DNA of 64,000 nucleotides from Podospora anserina (Eukaryota): NCBI GenBank assembly GCA_017654855.1, contig CM030338.1, positions 1,612,001 to 1,676,000 of the forward strand, read 5' to 3'. Shown piece by piece: positions 34,525 to 46,192 of this stretch (position 1 is its first letter; each line of letters starts with the position of its first letter). The notes under the pieces were generated by a model. It saw only the letters and a program-made list of their open reading frames with translations, ran no database searches and was not told where the DNA came from. The position numbers and the translations under genes were made by a program.

Positions 34525-34539
34525 TTCCCCTGGTGGGAA
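34525..34539 (+). promoter_or_regulatory. CUGGU-loop hairpin (SRE-like) 3' of copy E
   Basis: TTCCC-CTGGT-GGGAA. Confidence 0.6.
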
Positions 34540-35020
34540 AAGGGAGAGTTTGAGGTGAGTAGGTAGCGAGGAGGGTGATGAGGATCAATACATAATTTTA
34601 ATCAAATATGAAAACTTTTTTCTCTTGATGAAGCACTGGGACGGTTTGATGTTATTGTGATTTAGGTATGTCGCTGTGAAGTTTGTGGTTGTCTAAGCTG
34701 CTTGATATGATGACTCGAGTGTCGAGACCTCGAAGAGCCTGCCCGGCTTCTCGGAGCAGTTGTGATTTGGTTCCTAGATGTACCGGTAATGTCTGCCGCC
34801 TGGTCTGAGTAGGTGCCTGTAGAGAGTCCCTAAGTTCTGTGACAGGAAGGAGACGCTTTACTATTGGCCATGGTGAATAATCGGTGGCACGGGATACCAC
34901 GCCCTGTGAATGACATGATCAGATACACCAGATAAAGAATGAGCTTATGTACTCTCACTTCAACCACAGCTCTCAACCACAGATTAAACCTCCCAACCCA
35001 ACCTCCGATACCCTCCCACA

Positions 35021-35923
35021 ATGCGCCTCGGCTTCCTAGGCCTAGGCACAATGGGCACCCCCATGGCCCTCAACCTATCCCACCACTTCCCCCTCACAGT
35101 CTGGAACCGCTCCCCCTCAAAATACCGCCCCCTCCTCCAACCCAGCAGCATCGCCAAACCAGCCGCAACCCCCCTCCAACTAATCCACCAATCCGACCTC
35201 ATCTTCCTAATGCTCTTCAACGAATAAGCCATCCTATCCATCCTCACCCCCGACCTAATCCCCCACCTCCGCAACAAAACCCTAGTCAACACCTCCTCCG
35301 TCTCCGTCCCCTTCAGCCAGCACCTCGACACCTCAATCACAACCGCAGGCGGCACCTTCATCGAGATACCCGTCAGCGGCAGCAAAATCCCAGCCCAGCA
35401 AGGCCGTCTAGTCGGCATGCTAGCCGCAAACAACCCCTCCATCGCAGACAGCATCAGACCTTACATCCAGCCCATGATCAGCGCAGCCATCTACTGCGGC
35501 CCCGTCGGCTCCGGCCTCAAGATGAAATACGCCGTCAACACCTTCCTCATCACCGTGACCGTCGGCTTGGCCGAGGCCGCGAACCTGGCTTCGGCACAGG
35601 GGCTGGACCTTAACGCCTTTGGGCAGGTGCTCGAGGCTGGGCCGATGGCCTCTGCTTACTCAAAGCTTAAAGTTGACAAGATTCTCAGGGAGGATTGGTC
35701 AGCTCAGGCTACCATAAAGGACTGCTACAACAGCACTCAGCTTATCACGGCCGCTGCGGAAGGTGCAGGCGCCGAGACGCTCCTGACCCAGTTGTGTGGC
35801 TCATTATACAAACGGGCGATTGAGTCTGGGCTTGCTGAAGAAGACATGATATCTGTGGTCAAGCGTCTGCCAAAAAGAGGCGATGAAGAGTGTTGTGATA
35901 AAAAAGGGGGCTTTCAAGGCTGA
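35021..35923 (+). pseudogene. 3-hydroxyisobutyrate/6-phosphogluconate dehydrogenase-family NAD-binding protein with one in-frame TAA (35225-35227)
   Basis: GFLGLGTMGTPMALNL, VWNRS, NTSSVS, E.PVSGSK.PA.QGRLVGMLA, CGPVGSGLKMKYAVN all lie in one 300-codon frame interrupted only by that stop. Confidence 0.85.
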
Positions 35924-36075
35924 GAATGAGAGAAAGTAAGAGAGAATTCCGGGATGTCTATGAATGGGGTTAGCAAATTGGGATGGTTATGAAGGTTAAA
36001 AGTCTTCAATAATAAGAGGAGCTGCCTATTCGTCCCGCCAGGGACTTACGCAGAGCTAATTCTCCTTCCAGCCCT

Positions 36076-39000
36076 TCATTCCTCGTCATCCCCCTCATCA
36101 CCCCTCTTGGCTAGCTCCTCCTCAGTAATCACCTCGAGTGTAAAGTTAGCCTGGCACGACACGAGATCCTTGCCACCACGCGTCACGGTGCACGTCACTG
36201 TGTACGTGGTTGGCGACATGAGCGGTGGCTCGACACCGTCCTTTTGCTTCACGATACCGCCGTCCTGGCCCGCGGCCGTGATGAGCTCAAAGCTGTTGGC
36301 GTCGAGCGGGGGCGAGATGGACCAGCGCATGGCATCACTCGGCTCATAGTCGAATTTCGGGTAATTGCGTTCATTCTGGTTGGGTCAACATGTGTCAGCA
36401 TTTTCCTAATTGTGTACATGACGTTGGCAAGTAGGGTGGAATTTACCTTGAGTTTGTTGGTCAACACCCACTTGGGCGAGCTGTACTCCAAGTTTCCAGG
36501 GCCCATTGCCTCCATTTCAACCTCCCAGACATAAAATGGCACCGCAGGCCCTGGTAGCTCCGGCCGAGGTCCGTGACCCTGGCGGTACATTATGTCCCTG
36601 AGGCGATACTTCTTGACAGCCTCTTCATACTTTCCAACATCCACCAGTACCAGTCCGCCGGGCTGCTTGTTGCCTCTGTCAAAGGTGCGTCCCAGATCGA
36701 GGTTGCCTCGGCGAATGCGCGCCTTGCTTGCCAGCACGTTCTTCTTGCCGTCAACCTTTGGCGGCTCTAGGACCTCGACCTCCCACTGCAAGGAAGGAAG
36801 CAACGCCTTCCACTCGGGGTCGGCGCCGGGGCGTTGCTTAACGATGGCGTTGTTGCTGCCGTCCGTCGACAAATACCACAGTACTGCTCGTTTGCGGTCC
36901 TTCTCCTGGATGATGCGCTTGGTGTAGATCAAGCTCTTGCCATAGGCGTCTGTCTCAAAGCTCCAGATGGTGTCGGATGTGTAGTCTAGAGCGTCGCCGA
37001 GGTCGACGGCGCCCTCGGTCTTACCGAGATGCAGATACTTGGCGTCAATGGAGCTGGTATCTTCCTGGCCAATATCGCCGGCCCGCCGCATTGGTCCCTT
37101 GAAAGTCAGGCCAGGAAGGGATGGGTTTTGGTCGACAGCAGGCACGGTACGAATGTAGTCGGATGCTTGCATCGGGTTGTCTACCCAAAGTCCTGCGGGC
37201 CGGGCCTTGTCTTCCACAAACTTCTGGATTGGATCGCGGTGGTCTGGAAGTGAGGTAATCAGCAAGGAAAAAGCGTACACGTAGAGGTTCAGAAGTGACG
37301 GGTACATACCGGTGGTAAAATACCAGACAAGAAACAGGATTATTCCGATGACAGCAAAGACGATAGCGATAGGCCCTGACCATGCGGCAACGAGAGCGAG
37401 ACCTGAATAGGCAGCCCCGAGACCTAGACCGAGAGGAATTAGGAGTCAGTCTCACCACTCTGGGTCATCAAGACGACTGGGAGGGTGAACTTACCTGCGG
37501 CAACCCATCCGAGGATAATCCCGGCCACTTGAATGACAGATGAAGTGAACATGATCCAGTCCATCGCCTGGAGCAAACCGTCCTTGTTCGAGTCGAGTTC
37601 GATGAGGATCAAGACGATACTGACAATGCCCAAGACCACGCTAGTGAGAAAGAGTCAGCCATGCTGCCACACACAAACAAAGCCCCTTCATTTGGGCTGA
37701 ATGGAAGAAACTCACCCAAGAACAGCCCCCATGAACTCCCCAACATTCCTGCCAAATATCTTCTCAAATCTGCTGAACTCGAGCAACCCCTCCTCCTTGG
37801 CAGCAATTCGAGCAGCCAAGTCCTTGGTCTGCTCGGCAGTACGAGTGAACCAGCTGCCGAATCCCTTTTGAACCCGCAAAGCGCCATTCTCAATCTTGTT
37901 GACGGCACCTTCCCAGCCAAAGGCGGTACCAAGCTTCTCATACCACCGCTTAGCGGCCATGTCGCCCCAGAATTGGTACAAACGCAAGGTGCCTTGGGCA
38001 ACTTCGATGATGAGCATACCAGCCAGACCGCCGAGGGCACTGCATGCTCTGTCAGTATCTCAAGTCAAAAGTACTGGAAAACAAACAGAAAGAAACTTAC
38101 AATCCCCACTTCACCTTCTGCTCTGGCGACATGCTCCTCCATTCGCCAGTCAAAAGAGGCTGGACGAGTACGACAACACTGGTGAGGACGGTAAGCACCC
38201 GGACCGAATTGGCAATTTTGGCAACATTCTGAAACCATGGCCTGTTGTACAGTTCACGATGCCATAACTCAATCGTGGCACCCCATGAGCCCAAGGTGCT
38301 ACTCGTGCGGGAAAGCGCAAACAACATCTTGAAAACCTTGCGGCGCAGTTCGTCCTGTTGATAGAGCAGCAGCGCGGCCTCGATGGCCTCCTTGTGCGCC
38401 TCCATGTCGATATTCTGGTACTGCTTGATGTACTGATCCAGACACTCCTTTACCAAGTCGTCAATGTCCTGCTTTGTGTTGCCAGTCAGGTCGACCATCT
38501 GCGGGATGATTGCCGTCATCTGGTACAGCCTGACTTCTTCATTGAAGGCTTGCATAAAGCTCTTGCCTCCAGGCTTCGTGTTGTTGGCGTTGTCCTCAAG
38601 AATGCCAAACAGCGTGTTCAACTGCTTCAACCGCATGGCCACGGAGCTCGACACACTGCCAGACATGTACTGGCCGTACCACATCTTGACGGCCGAGTTC
38701 TGGACCCAGTACAGAAGCTGCATAGCCCAATACAAGTTCTTGTCGCGCGCCCATTTGGCCAAGTTGTCGATCTCAGCAAGGGCGCTTGCGAGGTTCTTTT
38801 CAAAGTCAGGATTGCCGGCGCCGAGTCCCGATGTCTTGGCTTTGAACTGCTCCTTCATTCTGTCGGCAAACTTCTTCAAGTCTTCCTTGTGGCCCCCATT
38901 GCGTTGATCAGACAGGAACTCTTTCATGGCGGGAAACTTCTCGAAATAGCGGTACCGATAGAGCTTGGCCGAGTGCCGCTTGTAGACCTCACTCTCGGCG

Positions 39001-40603
39001 GGGATCGACTTGAGCCGTGCAGCTGCGCGAGCTCCGTTGCAGTGTTTGCCCCATTCGGTAGTGCCTTGTGCAAGCACAGACGTGATAAGGGGAACCTGGA
39101 GCGTTTTGTACCACGCTGCATTGCCCGGATCGTCATTGGCGACTGCCAGCACCTCAGGCTCAAGGTGTACTTGAGAAGCGCTGATGAAGGTAGTCCTCAG
39201 ATCCTCGTCCATGTGATAGATGATGATGTTCTGAAAGTCCTTCATAGCCACCGTTGCCACAGAGTCGCGGTAGCCAGAAGGATCCTCCTTGTCCTGTACC
39301 ATGGGGTCAAAGGTCATAAGTTGATGGACGGCCAGCTTGGCTTTGGGGGGTGCATCAGCAGCAGCAGCCATAATAAAAGACGGTGCCTCTGCGACGGACA
39401 TGGCAGAAAACGACTTCTCGGTGCCTTCGACAACGCTGAGGTCCTCAGTCATGCTAGCAGCAACGACGGATTCATCGGCGCTCTCTTCCAGACGAAGCGA
39501 CCCCTTGACGGCGTAAATCACGCCTTCAGAGTCTTCGTAGGCTCCCACGAAGCTATCGGCGAAGGGGGTCATCTGAATTTTCCACTTGACTGGGAAGACA
39601 GACTTGATGGCCGATTGACTACGTTGGGCTGGGGCAGGGGGCACAAGACGTCGATTCGTGATGGTGGTGTTGATGAAGGCACCATCATCGGTGCTCTCTC
39701 CGATGATGCATGTGTAGTCCGGGCCGTACAGGTCCATGGTGAGGTTAAACTCAGTTGGGGGATCGGAGTCTGTGCAGGTAGTTCAGTACTCGTCCTTGCT
39801 CCAACCTGAAGATAGTAGGGGAGGAGAAACATACAGTTGTCAAGAAACATATTCTCAGCGACCCAATCCTCCTGCAAGTCATTCCCTCTATTGGCGATGT
39901 CGTAACCCCAGGTAAATTTGCCCTCTTCCCAGCTGGCGTTAGTCCACTTGTCAGACTTGACATCCCAAGCCAGCGTCGACTTGTGCGTGTCGAGGTAGGC
40001 GCCAGCATTGGCTGCGACCTCGACATCGTACCAGCTCGCCTTCTTGTCGAGCTCGACATTGATAACGTCCGATCCGATGGCAATTGAGGCTGCAGGTGCG
40101 TTGCCCTCAAGACTCACATATCCAGAGACTCGCGATGCTTTCAGTTGAGGAAAAAGCTGGGCTGACGGTTGCTCAAGCACCGTGTCAAAGACATAGCTAT
40201 TGGTCGAAGAGAACCAGTTCACATCAGAGGGCTTGACGCCAACACTGCCCAGCTGCAGGCCGCTGCTGTCAGAACCATGTTGACCGATCACAATGGTCTT
40301 GCCTTCAATAGCTTGGGCAGCGGCTGGAGCCGCCTGGGCATTGTCGTCCTGGACGACACGCACCGAGTAACTCCGCGGGAGTCCGAAGCACTGCGGATTG
40401 TTCTTGTGAAAAGCCTTGGCATCTGGTCCCAAATGAGAAAAGAACTCTTGAGGTTTGAGAAAATTGAACTTACAAGAAGGAAGAGCGTTGATTTGCTTGG
40501 CGTAACGGTGCAAAGCTCTCCGATAGGCCCTGCTCTGCGGGCCCCGGCAGGCACCACCAGAAGAGCTGTGTGTACTGGCCAGGTATGACATAGCGTCTGC
40601 CAT
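36076..40603 (-). CDS. Large hypothetical protein (~1372 aa) with a multi-helix hydrophobic block; 7 exons: 40603-39835, 39769-38101, 38039-37716, 37640-37495, 37423-37310, 37243-36447, 36375-36076
   Basis: Six 61-75 nt GT..AG introns join five track ORFs plus one short exon into a continuous 4119-nt frame; CACCATGG start. Hydrophobic helices include VLTVLTSVVVLV, FALGGLAGMLII, VVLGIVSIVLILIEL, IQVAGIILGWVAAG, GPIAIVFAVIGIILFLVWYF. Confidence 0.85.
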
Positions 40604-41223
40604 GGTGTCGGTTTTGGCAAGTGCAATGGCGAGAGCAGAATGCTGTTGACAAAAAGCTGTTGAAGCGAGGGAAGATGGAAGTGCATTCAAAGTTCTTCTA
40701 CTGATCTATCTATACTATATGGTCTTATTAGGTCCCTCAACTGCAAGTCCACCTATTCCCAGCTTTGGGGAGACAATACATGAACCAGCGTTTCCTGTGA
40801 GCCTATTGTTTACTTTGGAGAAGATGGAACAAGCCGAAATGCAACCCTGGAGTCGAGAGGCTAGAGAGCTTTGGATCTTCAGCTCAACACTAGAGATTTA
40901 GCTAACCCATTTCGGACAGTTCTAGACCTCTCACACAGTCTCCTCCCCACATCAGATCCCCATACTCTGGATATCAGAGCTCTGCCACCACCCGAGATTT
41001 GCATTAGTCCTATCAATAATTGTTTTGTGCTGATATATTTCTGCAGTGTTCAGCTTGAATTCAGCTCAGCTATTGATTGTAAGGTGGCTGTGAAGCGGAG
41101 CGTTTGCAACGAGTCTGGGATGATCCCAAGCTCCAGGCTCTTATACGTGATGAAGCGTCTCTCACCTCCAGTCCATGGCTTCGTTTCCACCGTTTGCCAG
41201 GACTCTGAGGCAAAGACACCATC

Positions 41224-43758
41224 ATGGCGGCTTTCGGCTCCTTCAGCGGCTATGAAGACATCATTGACAACGTGCCAGACGTCGGCCAGTTTGATCCTGC
41301 TCCATCTCATGGCTCAACACCAACTCCCGGGAACTTACCCACCGTGACCAGGGCGGGCGTCGATTTCCTCGGCCTTGGGAAGCTTTTCGAGAAGCTTTTT
41401 GGAGGCACGACGCCAGTGAATCCAGATGATCCAACACCGCCGGCACGTCATCCCGTGCAAGTCAGGGACATCTTCAAAATGTCCCAGGTCAACACTGGCT
41501 TCGACTTCTCAACACATCCGTGCATCAAAATGACGGTGGCGTACCTTCAAAAGACGCTCGACTTCCGCTGGAAAAACGGGAACATGCGGACCCTCGTCTT
41601 CCCAGGCTACAAACCCGACCTCGCTCCATCAGAGCTCACAGCAGACGGGTTGGACAAGGACAAGTTCGCCGCCGGCGCCGCGGCCTTGCTCATCAAGGCC
41701 TTTTACAACAATGTCCGGGATAGGCAGGGAACCATCGACATTGACAAGGCCAACACGGCCGTTTCGGAATTCAACAACCATATCAACAACCAGGCAACAG
41801 CCCTCATGATCCAGTTCTACCGCACCTTCTTCGGCATCACTGAGCCCTCGGAAGATCTCGCGTCCCGGTACCGAAAGCTGCTCGTCTCAGCCGCCTACCG
41901 CAACCTGAAGCAAGGACAGGCGGGACAAGGCACCTGGCGTGATGCCGACCTCGAGATGTTCTGCCACTTTGCCAAGTTGGCTGCCTGTGGCGCCTCGGAT
42001 AATACCATCCGCGATGTATACAACGAACTGACCACGACAGCCCCTCAGCTTAGCGGCAGCACGTTTGGTAGCATCCACCCCGATACCTGGCGGCAGTACC
42101 GCGGCTGGCTCAGCTCAGGCTTTCTTGATTGGGGTGACCTAGGCGCCACGCATCTTGATGATTATGACCTCCTGGTTATTCCCGGTATGGGACGTTTCCC
42201 GATTTCACGGACGATCAGATACTATCTTGTAGACGAGTTCGCAAAGAACAAGGGGTATTACAAGCCGCCGCAGTCATCCTCTTGCTTCTCTAGTAATGTG
42301 AAGGTCGTCATGGCCGGGCCTGCCGGGGAGAAGCTGAAGAAGATATGCAATGTCGAGCCTGGCGATGTGGTCCTATCTCCAGATGCTACAGACAGCGGAG
42401 GCCCTCCAGGAACCAGACGTGTGGCGTTTGTCAGCGCCCCCCGACGCGGTACGAGACCGCTCTACTCACTCCACGACTACCCGGGCTTACAGTTCACGGC
42501 CACGCACCCCATCCTTTTGCCCTCGGCCTCAACAGGCGATATGTCTCTCCAGTTTGTGGACAAAGACCGCGCTAGCTCGCTGAATCCCACTTGGCAATCA
42601 CTCTCCAAGGAGAACATCATTCCGGACTTGCTCCAGGCCCATCAGGCAGACAGTGAAGATGAGGTCGTTTACGATCTGGTTTTTGAGCCAACCGCCACAA
42701 GCGAGGACCAGACCAACAGCAATAACCTACCACTAGCCACCTACGTGGTAGAAGCTGACAACGGGCGGCGACTGACCGTGGCATCGGAAGCACCCACGCT
42801 GGAGTGGTTCGGGCCCGAGCTCATGTTCATCAGTTCTGCGGTGCGGCAAATCTTGGAGGGTAGCAGTGATATCGACGCTGTCGTCGAACTGCTGGGTACC
42901 AACCGAGTGTATACACGGCTTGTGCTCGGTGAGGCCGCTGAGAAGATCACGCTCTCTGACAATATCGGTGGCGGTCACTGTGACGAGTCCACGGCGGGAG
43001 CATGGCTCTTGGAAGCCTGCGCCAAGTCGCAGGCTGTGCAGGATCTGGTGGAAAGGATGATACAATACCTCGGCCGTACTCTCAGCCACGAGGTCAGGAC
43101 TGGGTGGGCTCGCTGTCTTCCCGTTGGCAAGGAATTTAGCGTTAGCAGCAACAGTGGCGAGGAAAGTCAAGAGGCCTTGTTCATCAATGTTGTCCGCTTG
43201 CTAGACAGCGATAAAGCATGCCTCAGCCGCCCGCCTGCCATTGGGCCTCGTCACCAGCTCAAAGTCTGGAGAAATGACGTGTTGGTGTTTGATGACCTCG
43301 TCAGCGGTGAAGTCCAAGGTCAGAGCACTTTACAGCTGTACTGCCCTGTCAATATAGGAGAAGAAGGGGGTCTGAGTGGTGACTGTCAAACCATCACCAT
43401 CCAGCTCGAGGACGGAACGTCAGGCAGCGTTTGGGGGGGCGGTGGTCCGGTCCGGAAGGGGCTTCACACTATCATTGGACTTGGGAGTCTTTCTAGTAGC
43501 ACATGTGGGAGTGCCCAGCATGCCGTGGCAGAGGTGGAGTTGCGCAGCGGTGTCAATATTATCGCTGCTCCAGCTCGGGGTGAGGGCCAAGCTGGAGGCG
43601 GCGGTCCAAAGTTGATGAACTTGGCTTCTTTGTCGCACAAGACTGCCTGGGAGGAGAGCACCATGGGCGCGTACGCTGGCTGTTTGGGTGCTAGGTTTGG
43701 AGATACCATTGCTGAGCTTACGAGGTTCCACTGTGGTGAAAATGGGAAAACAGGTTAG
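41224..43758 (+). CDS. 844-aa intronless protein with a central Hint (Hedgehog/intein-like) autoprocessing domain
   Basis: SSS|CFSSNVKV (block A, Cys354), KKICNVEPGDVVLS, LQFTATHPIL (block B TxxH), EVVYDLVF (block F-like); ends ..TVASE without a terminal His-Asn. Confidence 0.8.
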   Translation: MAAFGSFSGYEDIIDNVPDVGQFDPAPSHGSTPTPGNLPTVTRAGVDFLGLGKLFEKLFGGTTPVNPDDPTPPARHPVQVRDIFKMSQVNTGFDFSTHPCIKMTVAYLQKTLDFRWKNGNMRTLVFPGYKPDLAPSELTADGLDKDKFAAGAAALLIKAFYNNVRDRQGTIDIDKANTAVSEFNNHINNQATALMIQFYRTFFGITEPSEDLASRYRKLLVSAAYRNLKQGQAGQGTWRDADLEMFCHFAKLAACGASDNTIRDVYNELTTTAPQLSGSTFGSIHPDTWRQYRGWLSSGFLDWGDLGATHLDDYDLLVIPGMGRFPISRTIRYYLVDEFAKNKGYYKPPQSSSCFSSNVKVVMAGPAGEKLKKICNVEPGDVVLSPDATDSGGPPGTRRVAFVSAPRRGTRPLYSLHDYPGLQFTATHPILLPSASTGDMSLQFVDKDRASSLNPTWQSLSKENIIPDLLQAHQADSEDEVVYDLVFEPTATSEDQTNSNNLPLATYVVEADNGRRLTVASEAPTLEWFGPELMFISSAVRQILEGSSDIDAVVELLGTNRVYTRLVLGEAAEKITLSDNIGGGHCDESTAGAWLLEACAKSQAVQDLVERMIQYLGRTLSHEVRTGWARCLPVGKEFSVSSNSGEESQEALFINVVRLLDSDKACLSRPPAIGPRHQLKVWRNDVLVFDDLVSGEVQGQSTLQLYCPVNIGEEGGLSGDCQTITIQLEDGTSGSVWGGGGPVRKGLHTIIGLGSLSSSTCGSAQHAVAEVELRSGVNIIAAPARGEGQAGGGGPKLMNLASLSHKTAWEESTMGAYAGCLGARFGDTIAELTRFHCGENGKTG

Positions 43759-44619
43759 GCGAATCTGAAATGCGGTGGATTGTCGGGATGATCTGAGGTG
43801 TGCTGTTTGCGGCAGGGTGGCTCCAGATAGATGTGGGGCCTGCGTGAGGGGTTCAGGGGCTAAGTAAATAAACAACGAAGCCTCCCTTAAGGATAAGGTA
43901 TTTGTAACATGCCGTTGTAAAACAAGCACATCATACTATTTGGGTTGTTTCTTTCTCCAGTTAATAGTCTAGAGCGTCATTCAAAGGAACAAATTTGAGA
44001 CGGCGATGGGCCGAATTTCTTACGCTGTTTTTCCTGGATATCCCAGATGAGCAGAAACTTCCGGTGTTGCTTTTCCGATTTGACCGTCTTCCAGATGTGA
44101 TGAGATTTGATGGGCCTCACAGATGGGGTGAATCTGCAACATTCTCTGTGGTGAAGTCATCGACTCACGCTTTATCGAACCTAAATAGTCAGATGCTGTG
44201 TTTTAGTGTTTGATGGGTAAACCGGGGCTGAAGTGGGCGTTTTTAAGTTGGCTGGTGGCCGCCTCGCACCACAAAAAACACAGGAAAAGCTCAACAATTG
44301 TAAAGTTCTCGTATCGAACACGGGATGGGCGCTTTTATCACTATCTCACCTGTGTGACTCAGATGGCGTGTGTCATTCCAATCATGCCCTTATTTAACGA
44401 CACCGGCTGCGTTTACTCCCGTCACTAAACTTCGTGACTGCTCACCTATGCCCTGCAACACTCACACAGACCGACCATCAGAAATGGCTGCTGTGGGGCT
44501 GGAAGGTGGAGACGGTAGCTGATCATAATTGCTGGGCTTTGCTGGGTTTTGGAGTTTAACTACTACATCAATCGAAATTGGGGCTTCTTTCCTCCTTACT
44601 TTTCGTCCCTTTTCGCCTG

Positions 44620-46192
44620 GTGATATGTGACCGAGACACTGCCTTTCCTGACGAGATACTCCAGCGTTTCGTACACTTCTCAGATCGCAGCACCCAGAAG
44701 AGCTTGCTCACTGTATCCCCCAGCTTCCATGATTTCGTCGAGGAGGCCACATGGCCCCGCGATATCTTCATCTCCTCCCACCAAGACGTTGACCAAATCT
44801 CTCGCTTCACAGACCGTCGCAACAACTGGCCCGGAGTTTGAATGCCACCCTTTACTGTGTCTAGAAACAGCAGCCGACCTACATGCTAACGACGTCTTAT
44901 TTACTGATTGTATTAGCCAAGTCTGTAGAGCATTGAGGAGGATAGAAGAAACTGCCCATGACCCGGAATCCATCAGAAATACCTCATTGTCCATTGCGAC
45001 CCCGAAACAACCGGTCAGTCGAAAACTTGGCTGGGTCCATCGTTACTTTCATTCCTGGCGTATCCATCTACTGGAACCTTCGAAACTTCCAGTCCTCCGC
45101 TGTGTACGACATCTCGTCGTCACTTCTGTACGCCCCTTCGACCGACAGTGCTACCCGGGGCTTAAACAACATCCCATCGACCTTTCGGTCATCATCTCAA
45201 TGTTGACCAAGCTTCCCGGTTGCATTATACTCGAGTTTGACGACGTTGATGAACGCCTGCCTGACAGCCGGCATCTAGCCGCAGAGGTTTTTTTTTTTTT
45301 TCATCCATGAGCAGGACCACGGCGAGACTCCCGGCACAATTTTGGCAAAGCAGTTTTTCTCAATCTTGAGTCTCTCCCAGCTCTAAAGCGAATCAATGTG
45401 CCCAGGTCCTATCCCAGTTTTCGCACGACCCCGTCAGCTCAGCATTGCGGGTATGGTCCCAGGGCGTCGAGGAATTTAGGGTCCAGCTGTTTGGAGACTC
45501 TACGATTTTCTGGCCACCGACGACGGAGATGTTGGTACCGGACTACGACCTGACTGCCGATCCACCAAGACCACCCTCTTGGCCGCGGTTGAAGAAGCTG
45601 AAGGTTGAGCTAAGGGCAGCTACGCCAAGGGGGGGCTGGTATTTTCGTGGTCTACGAGATGAAACTCGCGTGGATGTGGGATACCGCATCACCGACGACT
45701 TGCACTGCCCTCCACTGCTGGAGACCAATAGGAGAGATGGGGAACGACATATGAGGGTTGTAGAACCGGTGAGGTGGCTAGATGAGTACCCTATTGTCCT
45801 TCGGGCAGTGTCAGTTTGAGGATGCTGTGGAGGAAGTGTTGGATGCATTTGCGAGAGCACTGGGGAACATGCCAGTGATAGAGGAGGCCGAAGTGAGCTT
45901 TCTGCTGTTCTTGAGCTGCGAGAAGGATCACCCGGGTGATTTTCACGAATTTTTGGCATATGTACCTCCCTCTACGAGAGGAACAGTAAAGAGGAGGAAA
46001 TATTATTGGAGCACGCATCTGTGGAATGGGGTGTCAAGTACATGGCTCGGGCTTCACTGGGGGCGCAGTCGTCTGGAATGGCGAGTGGGAAGCCGGCGAC
46101 CCAGTGACAAGGTTTCAAAGCTCTTTTGTCAAAATGTCGGCGACCTCGAAGAGCAGTGGCTCGAAATGGAGGCTTTTACGTCCGATTCTTGA
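44620..46192 (+). pseudogene. Fragmented F-box-like domain gene (Sordariomycete expanded family)
   Basis: FPDEILQRFVHF..KSLLTVSPSF (F-box-like), WPRLKKLKVE..TPRGGWYFRG, LDAFARALGNMPVIEEA, RLEWRVG..RP are spread over different frames; no start ATG; poly-T run near 45287-45301. Confidence 0.6.

Noticed and set aside
38358..39809. 483-aa plus-strand ORF
   Set aside because: Antisense shadow of exon 2 of the 7-exon minus-strand gene, which has coherent splice signals.
42283..42789. Classical mobile intein
   Set aside because: No C-terminal His-Asn plus Cys/Ser/Thr, no homing endonuclease, and the flanks are not a conserved host protein.
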